A program made the position numbers and the translations under genes. This document shows positions 26,499 through 35,127 of a stretch of DNA of 55,516 bases, piece by piece. The stretch covers positions 1 to 55,516 of the IMG/VR virus record IMGVR_UViG_3300036859_000215, one strand, 5' to 3'. The notes beneath the pieces are model-generated. The model saw only the letters and a list, made by a program, of their open reading frames with translations, did no database searches and had not been told where the DNA came from. Origin of the DNA: a virus (lineage: Duplodnaviria > Caudoviricetes). Within the stretch, counting starts at the first letter, position 1. Every line of letters begins with the position of its first letter.

Positions 26499-26698
26499 GC
26501 GCTCCCCGCAACTATCTCAAGCGTGGCCGGCCATCTCATTCGATGCCAACCGAACACCGTCCCATGACAACAGAAGAACTGCGGGCTTACCGAGCGAGCC
26601 AGCCGCCTGACAATCGAGATTTAACCGCTCGCTTGCTTGGCGATCCTCCCGACTATCGCTCAGCCCTTCACGGCCTCGCGGCGGGGAGGGTGATGTGA
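26495..26698 (+). CDS. Hypothetical protein
   Basis: DNRDLTARLLGDPP..RSAL motif. Confidence 0.55.
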   Translation: MSAPRNYLKRGRPSHSMPTEHRPMTTEELRAYRASQPPDNRDLTARLLGDPPDYRSALHGLAAGRVM

Positions 26699-27006
26699 CC
26701 AACCCATCCTACATCAAAGGAGCAAAATTCGAGCGCGCGATACGGGACGCACTCGGAACCTGCACGCGCTCATTTATGAGTGGAGCCTATACCGGCGATG
26801 TTGACTTGCGATGGGACCGCGACGGCAGAATTTGGAACTGTAGCTGCAAGATCAAGGGCGACGGGTTCAAGTTCGATTACGCGGAATTAGACAAGGCCGA
26901 CATTCTGTTCAAGCGAGCGGATAGAAAACCTGCGCTTGTCACGATGACGCTCGCTAAATTTCTAGAGCTGCTCACCCTCCCCGCACACATCGAGAGGGAT
27001 GGGTAG
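26695..27006 (+). CDS. Hjc-like Holliday junction resolvase
   Basis: KGAKFER...SGA..GDV...SCK (PD-(D/E)XK-like). Confidence 0.7.
   Translation: MTNPSYIKGAKFERAIRDALGTCTRSFMSGAYTGDVDLRWDRDGRIWNCSCKIKGDGFKFDYAELDKADILFKRADRKPALVTMTLAKFLELLTLPAHIERDG
26984..26999. repeat. 16-bp direct repeat, copy 1
   Basis: CACACATCGAGAGGGA; copy 2 at 27959-27974. Confidence 0.85.
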
Positions 27007-27984
27007 GTGACCGTCCGCATCATCAACGCCGATGTGATGGACGGGCTTGCACAGCTCGAAAGCGAGAGCGTGCATTGCGTGGTAACTTCTCCCCCTTATT
27101 TTGGGCTGAGAGACTACGGGATGCCGGGACAAATCGGCCTTGAGCCGACACCCGATGCCTATGTCGCAAAGCTGGTTGAGGTATTCCGCGAAGTCAGAAG
27201 GGTTCTCCGCAAGGATGGAACGTGCTGGCTGAATTTAGGGGATAGCTACGGTCGCGGTGAGAGGGTCAAATGGGCTGGCGATGCCACGCGAGACAAGAAC
27301 GGTTTCCAATCGCACATCACACAAAGCGGCAATTACGGCACGGGTGCCATTCTAGCAAACAAGCAACTCATCGGCATCCCCTGGCGTGTCGCCTTTGCTC
27401 TACAGGCCGACGGCTGGTGGCTAAGACAAGACATCATCTGGTCGAAGCCAAACCCGATGCCCGAGAGCGTCACCGACCGCTGCACCAAGGCGCATGAATA
27501 TCTCTTTCTGCTTACCAAGGCAGAACGGTATTTTTATGACGCGAAGGCGGTGAGGGAAGATTTTTCTGACGAGCGCATGGGCAACCCCGGCACGCCTAGC
27601 CCAAAGGCGGCAAACATACCGGGGCAGCGGCCACACACCATCGGAAGCAAGGTTTGGGATGCGGGCGCGGAGCGTGGTGGCCGCAACAAACGCTCCGTCT
27701 GGGAAGTCACAACTCAACCCTTCCCCGAAGCTCATTTCGCCACCTTCCCCCCAGCTCTCATAGAGCCTTGCATCAAAGCCGGATGCCCGGAAGGCGGGAC
27801 GGTTTTAGATCCATTCGGCGGTAGCGGAACCACCGGCCTTGTCGCTGATCGTCTCGGCCGCAATGCCATCCTGATTGAACTGAACCCGGAATATTCCGCG
27901 ATGGCCGATCGCCGGGTCAAAGGCGACTGCCCGATGTTCGCTCAAGTCTCCGCCACACCACACATCGAGAGGGAGAGGGGATGA
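27007..27984 (+). CDS. DNA N4-cytosine/N6-adenine methyltransferase (beta class)
   Basis: TSPPYF; IIWSKPNPMP; HFATFP; DPFGGSGTT. Confidence 0.93.
   Translation: MTVRIINADVMDGLAQLESESVHCVVTSPPYFGLRDYGMPGQIGLEPTPDAYVAKLVEVFREVRRVLRKDGTCWLNLGDSYGRGERVKWAGDATRDKNGFQSHITQSGNYGTGAILANKQLIGIPWRVAFALQADGWWLRQDIIWSKPNPMPESVTDRCTKAHEYLFLLTKAERYFYDAKAVREDFSDERMGNPGTPSPKAANIPGQRPHTIGSKVWDAGAERGGRNKRSVWEVTTQPFPEAHFATFPPALIEPCIKAGCPEGGTVLDPFGGSGTTGLVADRLGRNAILIELNPEYSAMADRRVKGDCPMFAQVSATPHIERERG
27959..27974. repeat. 16-bp direct repeat, copy 2
   Basis: CACACATCGAGAGGGA. Confidence 0.85.
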
Positions 27985-28066
27985 CAGCCTGTCAAATCAT
28001 CTGCCTCGCCACGGAACGCAAGAAGCGGGAGTTAACTCCGACTCCGGTTTCAGATTTCTATCATGC

Positions 28067-28252
28067 TTGGCTGGCGCTGTGGCTGCATGTGTGGGGGGTA
28101 GAGTGAGTCAGTGGGCTTTCACCGTCATCATTATCAGCCTCTATTTCTGCAACTCGATTTGGCTTGCGAGCCTCGGGAACTTTTGGGCGGCGGGTTATTG
28201 GCTGTTCGCCGGTGGGATTTCGATTTGCGCCATGATGGGGCTGACGCGGTGA
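28067..28252 (+). CDS. Small membrane protein
   Basis: Two hydrophobic segments. Confidence 0.45.
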   Translation: MAGAVAACVGGRVSQWAFTVIIISLYFCNSIWLASLGNFWAAGYWLFAGGISICAMMGLTR

Positions 28253-29028
28253 CCTGGCGTGAGGAACAGATCGGCGACGCACGGCTCATTCTCGGAGATT
28301 GCCGGGAGGTCTTGCCCTCCTTTGCGCCTGACTCCATCGACATGATTTGGACCGATCCGCCCTATGGGCATAGCAATCATGACGGCGATTGGAACGCGCG
28401 CCTAAACGAACATCGCGGCATTGAAGGTATTCCGATTGCCAACGATGACGCAGACTCCATGCGGGTTGTTGTTGACGCAATGCTAACCGAGGCAGCGCGC
28501 ATTCTCAAGGCTGACTGCTGCTGCTGCTGCTGCTGCGGCGGCGGACCGAGGCCGACATTTGCGTGGGTTGCGGATCGGCTCGACAGGGAAGGGCTCACAT
28601 TTTTTCACAGTGTCATTTGGGACAAGAAGAATCCTGGCCTTGGTTGGCGCTATCGCCGACAGCATGAAATGGTCATGGTAGCGCATAGGGAAAATGGCAA
28701 ATTATTGTGGCGGGACAATGACATAACCGCTCGCAACATCTTCGATTTGATGCCACCACGCGAGCGATTTCACCCTAACGAAAAGCCGGTTGGGCTAGTG
28801 AGCCATTTCATCCAACTTCACAGCGATCTCTGCCAAACAATTCTCGATCCGTTTATGGGGAGCGGCACGACTGGTGTTGCGTGCGCCAAGGCGGGACGGA
28901 ACTTCATAGGCATAGAGCTTGAGCAGAAATGGTTCGACATCGCCTGCAAACGCATAGACGAAGCCTATAAGCAAGGAGACATGTTTATCGAGCGACCGAA
29001 GCCTGTAAAGCAAGAGGCAATGTTATGA
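28249..29028 (+). CDS. DNA N6-adenine/N4-cytosine methyltransferase with poly-Cys tract
   Basis: TDPPYG; HPNEKP; DPFMGSGTTG; CCCCCCCGGG. Confidence 0.92.
   Translation: MTWREEQIGDARLILGDCREVLPSFAPDSIDMIWTDPPYGHSNHDGDWNARLNEHRGIEGIPIANDDADSMRVVVDAMLTEAARILKADCCCCCCCGGGPRPTFAWVADRLDREGLTFFHSVIWDKKNPGLGWRYRRQHEMVMVAHRENGKLLWRDNDITARNIFDLMPPRERFHPNEKPVGLVSHFIQLHSDLCQTILDPFMGSGTTGVACAKAGRNFIGIELEQKWFDIACKRIDEAYKQGDMFIERPKPVKQEAML
28516..28536. repeat. (TGC)7 microsatellite
   Basis: Read directly; followed by GGCGGCGGA. Confidence 0.95.
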
Positions 29029-29053
29029 TTTTCCAAGACCGCAGAGAGGAGCG

Positions 29054-29626
29054 GTGATGAGCGGAGTTATTAGTGCAGCTCTCCGGCATATGATTGCGGC
29101 AGGTATGGGGCCGGAAGCCCTATTGGCCGCCGTCGAGGATATGGAATTGGCGCTCTCCAAACCATCACCAAAGACAGATGCGGAACGCTCCAAGTCCTAC
29201 CGCGAGCGTCACGCGTCACGTGACTATGTGACGGAGACACCCATAAAAGAAATACCCCCCACACCCCCTAAAGAAAATATATATATCTCTCCTCCCAACA
29301 CGCGCGCGAAGGGTATCCCGGCTAACTGGACCCCCACCCCTGAAAACCTCTCTTGGGCGAAAGCCAAGGGATACCCGCCGGATTTTGTGGCGCGCGAGAC
29401 AGAGAGGCATCAACTTTGGGCCGAGTCTCGTGGTGTTGCGCGCAAAAGTTGGTCCCGGTCATGGCAGGGCTGGTTGATGCGTTCGTGGACCGAACAACAC
29501 CTGTCTGGCTCAGACCCGCCCAACCCCATGCAAGCTGCAATCGAGCGCGTGAAAACCAAAGCGAGAGAGACTGAAAATGCCGAACGAAGTGGTGAAATCG
29601 TTGAGTTTGCCCCCCGCCGTAGTTGA
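29054..29626 (+). CDS. Replication initiator-like protein
   Basis: DAERSKSYRER...VT linker, PPTPP, then IPANWTP...W..SW..W DnaT-like C-terminal domain. Confidence 0.65.
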   Translation: MMSGVISAALRHMIAAGMGPEALLAAVEDMELALSKPSPKTDAERSKSYRERHASRDYVTETPIKEIPPTPPKENIYISPPNTRAKGIPANWTPTPENLSWAKAKGYPPDFVARETERHQLWAESRGVARKSWSRSWQGWLMRSWTEQHLSGSDPPNPMQAAIERVKTKARETENAERSGEIVEFAPRRS

Positions 29627-30083
29627 GGCAAAGCGGAGGCTTGGGCGGGCGTGCACCCCGTCCGAGGCGGCTGATGTGGCTGGCGTGATTGTGGGGAGCT
29701 ACCCCCAACGGAACGTCACTAATGCGGACGTGTATCTTACACAGATTGCAGTGCTCCTCGGTGAATATCCGTTTTCGGTTGTCAAAGAGCTGGCCCACCC
29801 CTGCTTCGGCATTGTTGGGGCCTGCAAGTTTCTTCCAAGCGTGGCCGAAATTAAGGAACTTGCCGACAAAAAACTATACGAGCTTCGCGGCGTTATTTGG
29901 GCGCATGAGCGAGAAGAACGAAAGCGTGAGGAGGCTCGGAAAGAAGATACCTGGAAACCACTTACGGCTGAGGAGCGGGCGTGTCGCGCCGAACAGGTCC
30001 GCAGATTAGTTCGTGGCTTTGCTTCTACGCATGACATGAAAACCAAGAGTCATCGCGCCATCCCCCACCGATCCAGAGCCTAG
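29577..30083 (+). CDS. Helicase loader/inhibitor-like protein
   Basis: YP.SVV...KFLPSVAEI motif; follows the initiator. Confidence 0.55.
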   Translation: MPNEVVKSLSLPPAVVEAKRRLGRACTPSEAADVAGVIVGSYPQRNVTNADVYLTQIAVLLGEYPFSVVKELAHPCFGIVGACKFLPSVAEIKELADKKLYELRGVIWAHEREERKREEARKEDTWKPLTAEERACRAEQVRRLVRGFASTHDMKTKSHRAIPHRSRA

Positions 30084-30090
30084 GAGAGAG

Positions 30091-30348
30091 ATGATGAAAA
30101 TGGTTTGTGTGGGGTGCGGGGCGGAGGATGATTTGCGCCTCGGGTTTTGTTTTGATTGTGCGACGGCGGGGGAGGAAAGGGCCGCTCGGCGAACCGTTTT
30201 GCAGCACATCTGCAAGGGCGTTTGGAACTTTGTTCGCGGCCGATTTTGGCAAGCGCGCTTCGATTTCACTTGGGCGTGGGGACGCCTAACCAAGACCGGA
30301 GACTATGCGTCGAATGGGGAATTTGTAAGGCGGGGCATAGAGAAATGA
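30091..30348 (+). CDS. Small Zn-finger protein
   Basis: CVGC...CFDC. Confidence 0.5.
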   Translation: MMKMVCVGCGAEDDLRLGFCFDCATAGEERAARRTVLQHICKGVWNFVRGRFWQARFDFTWAWGRLTKTGDYASNGEFVRRGIEK

Positions 30349-30519
30349 TGGAGCCAAGGATGAGCGTAAAGCAGGTGGTCAGGTTTGTGCGGCAGATTGT
30401 AGTTGGGTGGGCGATATGTTCATGGGTAGGGCACTCCTGGGTGCGTTATGCCAAGTCTGGACGCAACACGATTTTTGCTTGTCGCACTTGCGACATCCGA
30501 TCAGTGGGATGAGCGCGGA

Positions 30520-30780
30520 ATGATAATTTGCACAAGGCCAGAGTGCCAAACCACAGCGGGATGCAGGTGTGGAACTAATCCCGTTGCTGTTTTACACGGC
30601 GTGACCGTCGATGAATTTAATGCCGCTGTTCGTGCCGCCCAAGAGCGTGGAAGGCAAGAGGGACTGGAGGAGGCGGCGAAGGTGGCCGAGGGTTTTATAA
30701 TGCATGGACAGTTTCGGGTAGGACAAGCCGAAACTGTTGCCGATGCCATCCGCTCTCGCCTCACCCACCCAGAAGGATGA
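30520..30780 (+). CDS. Hypothetical phage protein
   Basis: GLEEAAKVAE...ADAIRS. Confidence 0.5.
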   Translation: MIICTRPECQTTAGCRCGTNPVAVLHGVTVDEFNAAVRAAQERGRQEGLEEAAKVAEGFIMHGQFRVGQAETVADAIRSRLTHPEG

Positions 30781-30783
30781 GGA

Positions 30784-30972
30784 ATGACCTGCATGACTGC
30801 ATCTGGGGACCAATACGAAAGCGAAAACCGCAATGATCCATTGCGTCCGCCGCACTCGCGTAAATATGCGCAGTTTACTCGTGAATGGTATGCGGCTTGT
30901 GAGCGGGCCTTTAAGACAGTTATGCAGGACGAGCTACGCCACATCAAACGTGAAATGAAGGAAGCGAGCTGA
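30784..30972 (+). CDS. Hypothetical protein
   Basis: GAGG RBS; fills the gap between neighbours. Confidence 0.4.
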   Translation: MTCMTASGDQYESENRNDPLRPPHSRKYAQFTREWYAACERAFKTVMQDELRHIKREMKEAS

Positions 30973-30973
30973 C

Positions 30974-31243
30974 ATGACCACCAATATTCCTGAAGCCTTT
31001 CATTATGCCGAGAAGATCATTACCTTGCGTCAAGAGCAAGCCGAGCTCGGCGGCGAGATACGTGAGTTCTTCCGTGCGGCGGCGGAGGTTGGCTATCCTC
31101 GCGCAGCAATGTCGGGTGCCATCCGCTTTGTGCTCAAGCTGCAAAAGGCGCGGGAGAACAATCAACTCGATTTGTTCAAAACCAACGAGGACCGCACCGA
31201 AGCATTGAAAGAGGAATTTGTGCGGAAGCTGGGGCTGGATTAG
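30974..31243 (+). CDS. GapR/DUF2312-like nucleoid-associated protein
   Basis: EKIITLRQEQAELGGEIREFFRAAAEVGYPRAAM resembles the GapR ERIERLEEEK..I..DIK.VY.EAK..GFD pattern; ends LGLD. Confidence 0.6.
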   Translation: MTTNIPEAFHYAEKIITLRQEQAELGGEIREFFRAAAEVGYPRAAMSGAIRFVLKLQKARENNQLDLFKTNEDRTEALKEEFVRKLGLD

Positions 31244-31280
31244 GGCACACTCGGCTTTAATTTAATCTTGGGGGCGCACT

Positions 31281-31712
31281 ATGGGATTTTTGCGATCGGC
31301 GAAGGGTAAGAGACAGGTCAGGCTTATTTTCCCAGGCCAGATAATCCCTGCGACAACTGGCGGTTCGCGCTTCTTGCAACAATATGCTGGTGGCTTTGCT
31401 ACGCTTGCCGGAGCGAGCCCGACTGGGGCTAAATCCGGTGACAAGGCGGATTTGATTAAATCGTTAAGAGCAGGGATTTCGACTGGGACTGGCGTTGCCA
31501 AATCGGAGCGTGCCACCGATCCGCGCTCCGGTGCGGATTTAGGAAATATCACGATCGGTATTGATCGGGAGTTTTCCGGCAAAGAAACACCGAGAACAGG
31601 CGCGATCTCCGAGATTAAGAAACTCGGCGCCGCTGATCGCCGGTTTAAGTTTGCCGGTCTTGCCGGCCGCAAAGAACGCAAAGGCAAACGGCGCCTCAAG
31701 GTGCTTACCTAA
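31281..31712 (+). CDS. Basic Gly/Lys/Arg-rich hypothetical protein
   Basis: 143-aa ORF ahead of the terminase genes. Confidence 0.5.
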   Translation: MGFLRSAKGKRQVRLIFPGQIIPATTGGSRFLQQYAGGFATLAGASPTGAKSGDKADLIKSLRAGISTGTGVAKSERATDPRSGADLGNITIGIDREFSGKETPRTGAISEIKKLGAADRRFKFAGLAGRKERKGKRRLKVLT

Positions 31713-31882
31713 TGCCCAAGGGGACTAAAGTTGAGGCGATCTATCAAGCCTTGAAGCGCAAAGGCGCATCTTCTGGCAAAGCCGCGCGCATCGCTCAAGC
31801 GCAAACTGGCAAGAGCTTAGCGACCGGACGAAAGCCGAAGCGGAAAAGGAAAGTAAGTAATGTCCAAGCCCAAACTTACTAG
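31712..31882 (+). CDS. 56-aa basic protein (absent from the ORF track)
   Basis: MPKGTKVEAIYQALKRKGASSGKAARIAQ...; TAATG coupling. Confidence 0.55.
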   Translation: MPKGTKVEAIYQALKRKGASSGKAARIAQAQTGKSLATGRKPKRKRKVSNVQAQTY

Positions 31883-32025
31883 ACAGCAAAGGCGCAAAGC
31901 TTTGAGGCGAACAGCTAGGTTGACGAGGCGGAGCCTCTCCAAGAGGGGTCTTTGGAAGAGATTGGGACAGATGTTGTTTGAAAATCCTCTAGGTTGAATC
32001 AGCGCGCAAACGGCACAATGCGTTT

Positions 32026-32520
32026 ATGTCGGTAGGAAGACCCTCAAAATACGATCCAGCCTTTGTCGAGCAAGCGAGGAAGCTTTGCGAGCTTGGTGCC
32101 ACTGATGCCGATCTAGCCGATTTCTTTGGCGTTCACCGCGCGACGCTCTATCGCTGGAAGCACGACTCTCCAGAGTTTTGCGACGCCCTAAAGGCAGGCA
32201 AAGAAGCCTCTGATGATCGTGTTGAGCGCAGCTTGTACCATAAGGCTGTCGGCTACACTTTCGAGAGTGAGGAAATCCGCGTGCTACGTGACGGGACGGT
32301 GGTACGGGTGCCGACTAAGGAGCATGTGCCGCCCGATACCACTGCTGCAATCTTCTGGCTCAAGAACCGAAGGCCAGAGCAATGGCGCGACAAACACGAT
32401 GTCGAGCATTCCGGCGAAGTGACGCAAAGGCATCAGCATGTCAGAGATGAGATTGCACGCGAGCTCGATAAGCACGCTGCCCAAGGCAAAGAGGGAGGCG
32501 TGGCTCGCGTCACTCACTGA
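32026..32520 (+). CDS. terS: Terminase small subunit
   Basis: GRPSKYDP...GATDADLADFFGV...YRWK...PPDTTAAIFWLKNR. Confidence 0.9.
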   Translation: MSVGRPSKYDPAFVEQARKLCELGATDADLADFFGVHRATLYRWKHDSPEFCDALKAGKEASDDRVERSLYHKAVGYTFESEEIRVLRDGTVVRVPTKEHVPPDTTAAIFWLKNRRPEQWRDKHDVEHSGEVTQRHQHVRDEIARELDKHAAQGKEGGVARVTH

Positions 32521-33814
32521 CGAGCAGCTTGATTTTCTCAAATATGATTGGCTGTTTCGAGCGCGGCCGGAGCAGCTTCCTCCCATCGGCGACGATTGGC
32601 TGATTTGGTTGGTGCTGACCGGGCGTGGTTGGGGCAAGACCAGAACTGGCTCTGAGTTCATTCGCAAGATGTTGTGCGGAGAGACCCCGCTCGAGCGCGG
32701 CAGATATGCCCGCGTAGCGCTGGTAGCCGAGACCGCCGCTGACGCGCGTGATGTCATGGTTGAGGGCGAGTCGGGAATCCTGAGCGTACATCCTGCGGCC
32801 TTCCGTCCAATGTACGAGCCGTCAAAACGTAGACTCACTTGGCCGAGCGGAGCCGTGGCTACATTATTCAACGCCACTGAGCCCGACCAGTTGCGTGGCC
32901 CGCAACATGATCTTGCCTGGTGCGATGAGTTAGCCAAATGGCGATACGCGCAAGAGACTTGGGACATGCTGCAATTCGGCTTGCGCTTAGGTGACGTGCC
33001 TCGCCAGCTTATCACCACTACGCCGCGCCCAATCCCACTCATCAAACAGATCCTGGCCGATCCCAAAACCAGGGTGACGCGAGGAACCACCTTGGAGAAC
33101 CGGGCTAATCTCGCGCCAGCCTTCTTCGATCAGGTAGTGAAGCGGTACCAAGGGACACGGCTCGGTCGGCAGGAACTCAATGCCGAGGTGCTTGATGATG
33201 TGCCAGGTTCGTTATGGACGCGGGCCAACCTCGACGCGCATAGGATAACACCAAATTCTTGTCCCGTGTTTAAGCGCGTTGTGGTGGCCATAGACCCGGC
33301 TTGCGAGGCTGAGAGTGAGGATACTGCCGAGACCGGAATCGTGGTTGCCGGACTTGGCATTGATGGCAGGGGCTACGTTCTAGCCGATCTCTCTGGCAGG
33401 CTCTCTCCTAATGGTTGGGCGCGCATGGCGCTATCAGGTTACGATCTGTACGAAGGTGACGCCATTGTGGCCGAGGTCAATCAAGGCGGCGCTATGGTGG
33501 TGAATACCATCAGAGCGGTACGGCCAACAGTGCCAGTGATTTCTGTGCGCGCCTCGAAAGGAAAAGTTACGCGAGCTGAACCCATCTCGGCGCTATATGA
33601 GCAGGGACGGGTGAGTCATGTCGGGACGTTTCCACAACTAGAGGATCAAATGGTTCTGTTCACTCCGTTTGGCATCGAGGGTGAAACCACGGCCGATCGC
33701 ACCGATGCTTTGGTGTGGGCACTGTCGGAGTTGTTCCCTGGCATGACCAAAAAGGCGCCGAAGAAGCCAGTCAGAGTTGAGGGCGTTTCGGCTTATAACG
33801 CGCAGAGGTTTTAA
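32438..33814 (+). CDS. terL: Terminase large subunit
   Basis: GRGWGKT Walker A; WCDE Walker B; TTTP; VAIDP; D..DAL nuclease motifs. Confidence 0.95.
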   Translation: MSEMRLHASSISTLPKAKREAWLASLTDEQLDFLKYDWLFRARPEQLPPIGDDWLIWLVLTGRGWGKTRTGSEFIRKMLCGETPLERGRYARVALVAETAADARDVMVEGESGILSVHPAAFRPMYEPSKRRLTWPSGAVATLFNATEPDQLRGPQHDLAWCDELAKWRYAQETWDMLQFGLRLGDVPRQLITTTPRPIPLIKQILADPKTRVTRGTTLENRANLAPAFFDQVVKRYQGTRLGRQELNAEVLDDVPGSLWTRANLDAHRITPNSCPVFKRVVVAIDPACEAESEDTAETGIVVAGLGIDGRGYVLADLSGRLSPNGWARMALSGYDLYEGDAIVAEVNQGGAMVVNTIRAVRPTVPVISVRASKGKVTRAEPISALYEQGRVSHVGTFPQLEDQMVLFTPFGIEGETTADRTDALVWALSELFPGMTKKAPKKPVRVEGVSAYNAQRF

Positions 33815-33815
33815 G

Positions 33816-34019
33816 ATGATTGATGGCTTTGCACCGACACCGACTGAGGAAGAGCGCCATCGCATGATTGTGCGCTACAAAGAGTCGGCTTGCTATATCG
33901 ACGATGAATTCTCTCACGACGCAATTGAACTCCTCAAGCACGGCTTAGTGGCGTTTTATCCGCCGAATCGGTTTGCGATAACTGAATTTGGGCACCAGAC
34001 TGGCGGAGATGATGCCTAA
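33816..34019 (+). CDS. Hypothetical protein
   Basis: Small ORF after terL. Confidence 0.45.
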   Translation: MIDGFAPTPTEEERHRMIVRYKESACYIDDEFSHDAIELLKHGLVAFYPPNRFAITEFGHQTGGDDA

Positions 34020-34491
34020 GAAACTCACACCGCGCGACACCGCCGAACTGGCCGTCTGGATTTGCGACGACGATCCAGAGGCGAAACTCGCTTGGTGGAA
34101 GCAGGTCGAAGCCCCGCGCGTCTTCAAGGAAAGTGCTGATGCTTGTGGCGTCAAGCTCGGCCCGATCCGCTGGTCTGAGTTACAGCCGGGCGAGGGCCGG
34201 GCTGGCCATCCGCCTAGGGCCATCCAGGGGACTAATGTCCGCCTTTTGGTGGCGGAATGCGATGTGGTAGGCACGTTGCCCGTGTCACTACCAGATCTTG
34301 GCTTTACCGAAGATCTATCTCCCAGTGACCTTCAACGAATGCGCTCCGTGACCCGCCGTGCCTATGGATTGGTAGTGGCAGCGGATGGCAGTAGTTTGCG
34401 CGAATTGCGTGATGATGAATGCGACAAGATCATCAACCTGATGGCCCCCGAAGCGGCGGCACGGGAAGCGGTTAATGCCACCAAGCATTAA
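34009..34491 (+). CDS. Hypothetical protein
   Basis: GGAG RBS; coupled to neighbours. Confidence 0.55.
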   Translation: MMPKKLTPRDTAELAVWICDDDPEAKLAWWKQVEAPRVFKESADACGVKLGPIRWSELQPGEGRAGHPPRAIQGTNVRLLVAECDVVGTLPVSLPDLGFTEDLSPSDLQRMRSVTRRAYGLVVAADGSSLRELRDDECDKIINLMAPEAAAREAVNATKH

Positions 34492-34666
34492 GCCCACGAA
34501 AATTGAGCGGGGAAATGGTTGGGAAGAACTCGACCTAGCTGACTACATTGCCGAGAGGAACCGTGCGGCAACGCTTCGCATCTTCGGCGACCCGGACGCC
34601 AAGAAAGAAGTTCAGGTCGAGAACGCGAAGCGGTTTGACCCGCACCTTTGGCAACGGGGGCGATGA
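34475..34666 (+). CDS. Hypothetical protein
   Basis: Coupled ORF. Confidence 0.45.
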   Translation: MPPSIKPTKIERGNGWEELDLADYIAERNRAATLRIFGDPDAKKEVQVENAKRFDPHLWQRGR

Positions 34667-35127
34667 TGGGCCTTTTCAGCGATCTTTTCGGCGATAGCAA
34701 AAGCAAAAAACAGGCTAAGAGGGCCAAAGAGGCAGCGAAGGAGGCTGAGAAGCAAGCCGAGCAAGCTAAGCAGCAAGCGGAAGCCCAAGCGGCAGCGGAT
34801 GCGGCCAAGCTCAAGAACCAATCAGCCAGCTTCAGTGCCGCGCAGAAGAAACAATACGAAAGCTTCCAGAAGCAATTCGGCGAGTCGCAGACAGCCTTCG
34901 ACAAGCTTCTAGCGGAGCAACAGACTAGCTTCAAAACCGCACTCGCGGCTGCGGTTCCCGCCCCTGAGGCCCCACCGCTCGATCCCGATGTGGCACTGCA
35001 GCAGTTGAAAGGTGTGCGCAAATCGCGCCGCAAGGGCCGACGCCAAAAGGGGGGCGTGGCCGGGTTAATCCTCTCATCGCTGGGTAGCGGCGGCAGCACG
35101 CTTGGCGGCGGCGCGTTAGGGGGCTAA
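34663..35127 (+). CDS. Small pre-portal virion protein (T7 gp7.3-like position)
   Basis: Low-complexity coiled coil; basic Gly-rich C-terminus (TLGGGALGG); directly before the portal. Confidence 0.55.
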   Translation: MMGLFSDLFGDSKSKKQAKRAKEAAKEAEKQAEQAKQQAEAQAAADAAKLKNQSASFSAAQKKQYESFQKQFGESQTAFDKLLAEQQTSFKTALAAAVPAPEAPPLDPDVALQQLKGVRKSRRKGRRQKGGVAGLILSSLGSGGSTLGGGALGG

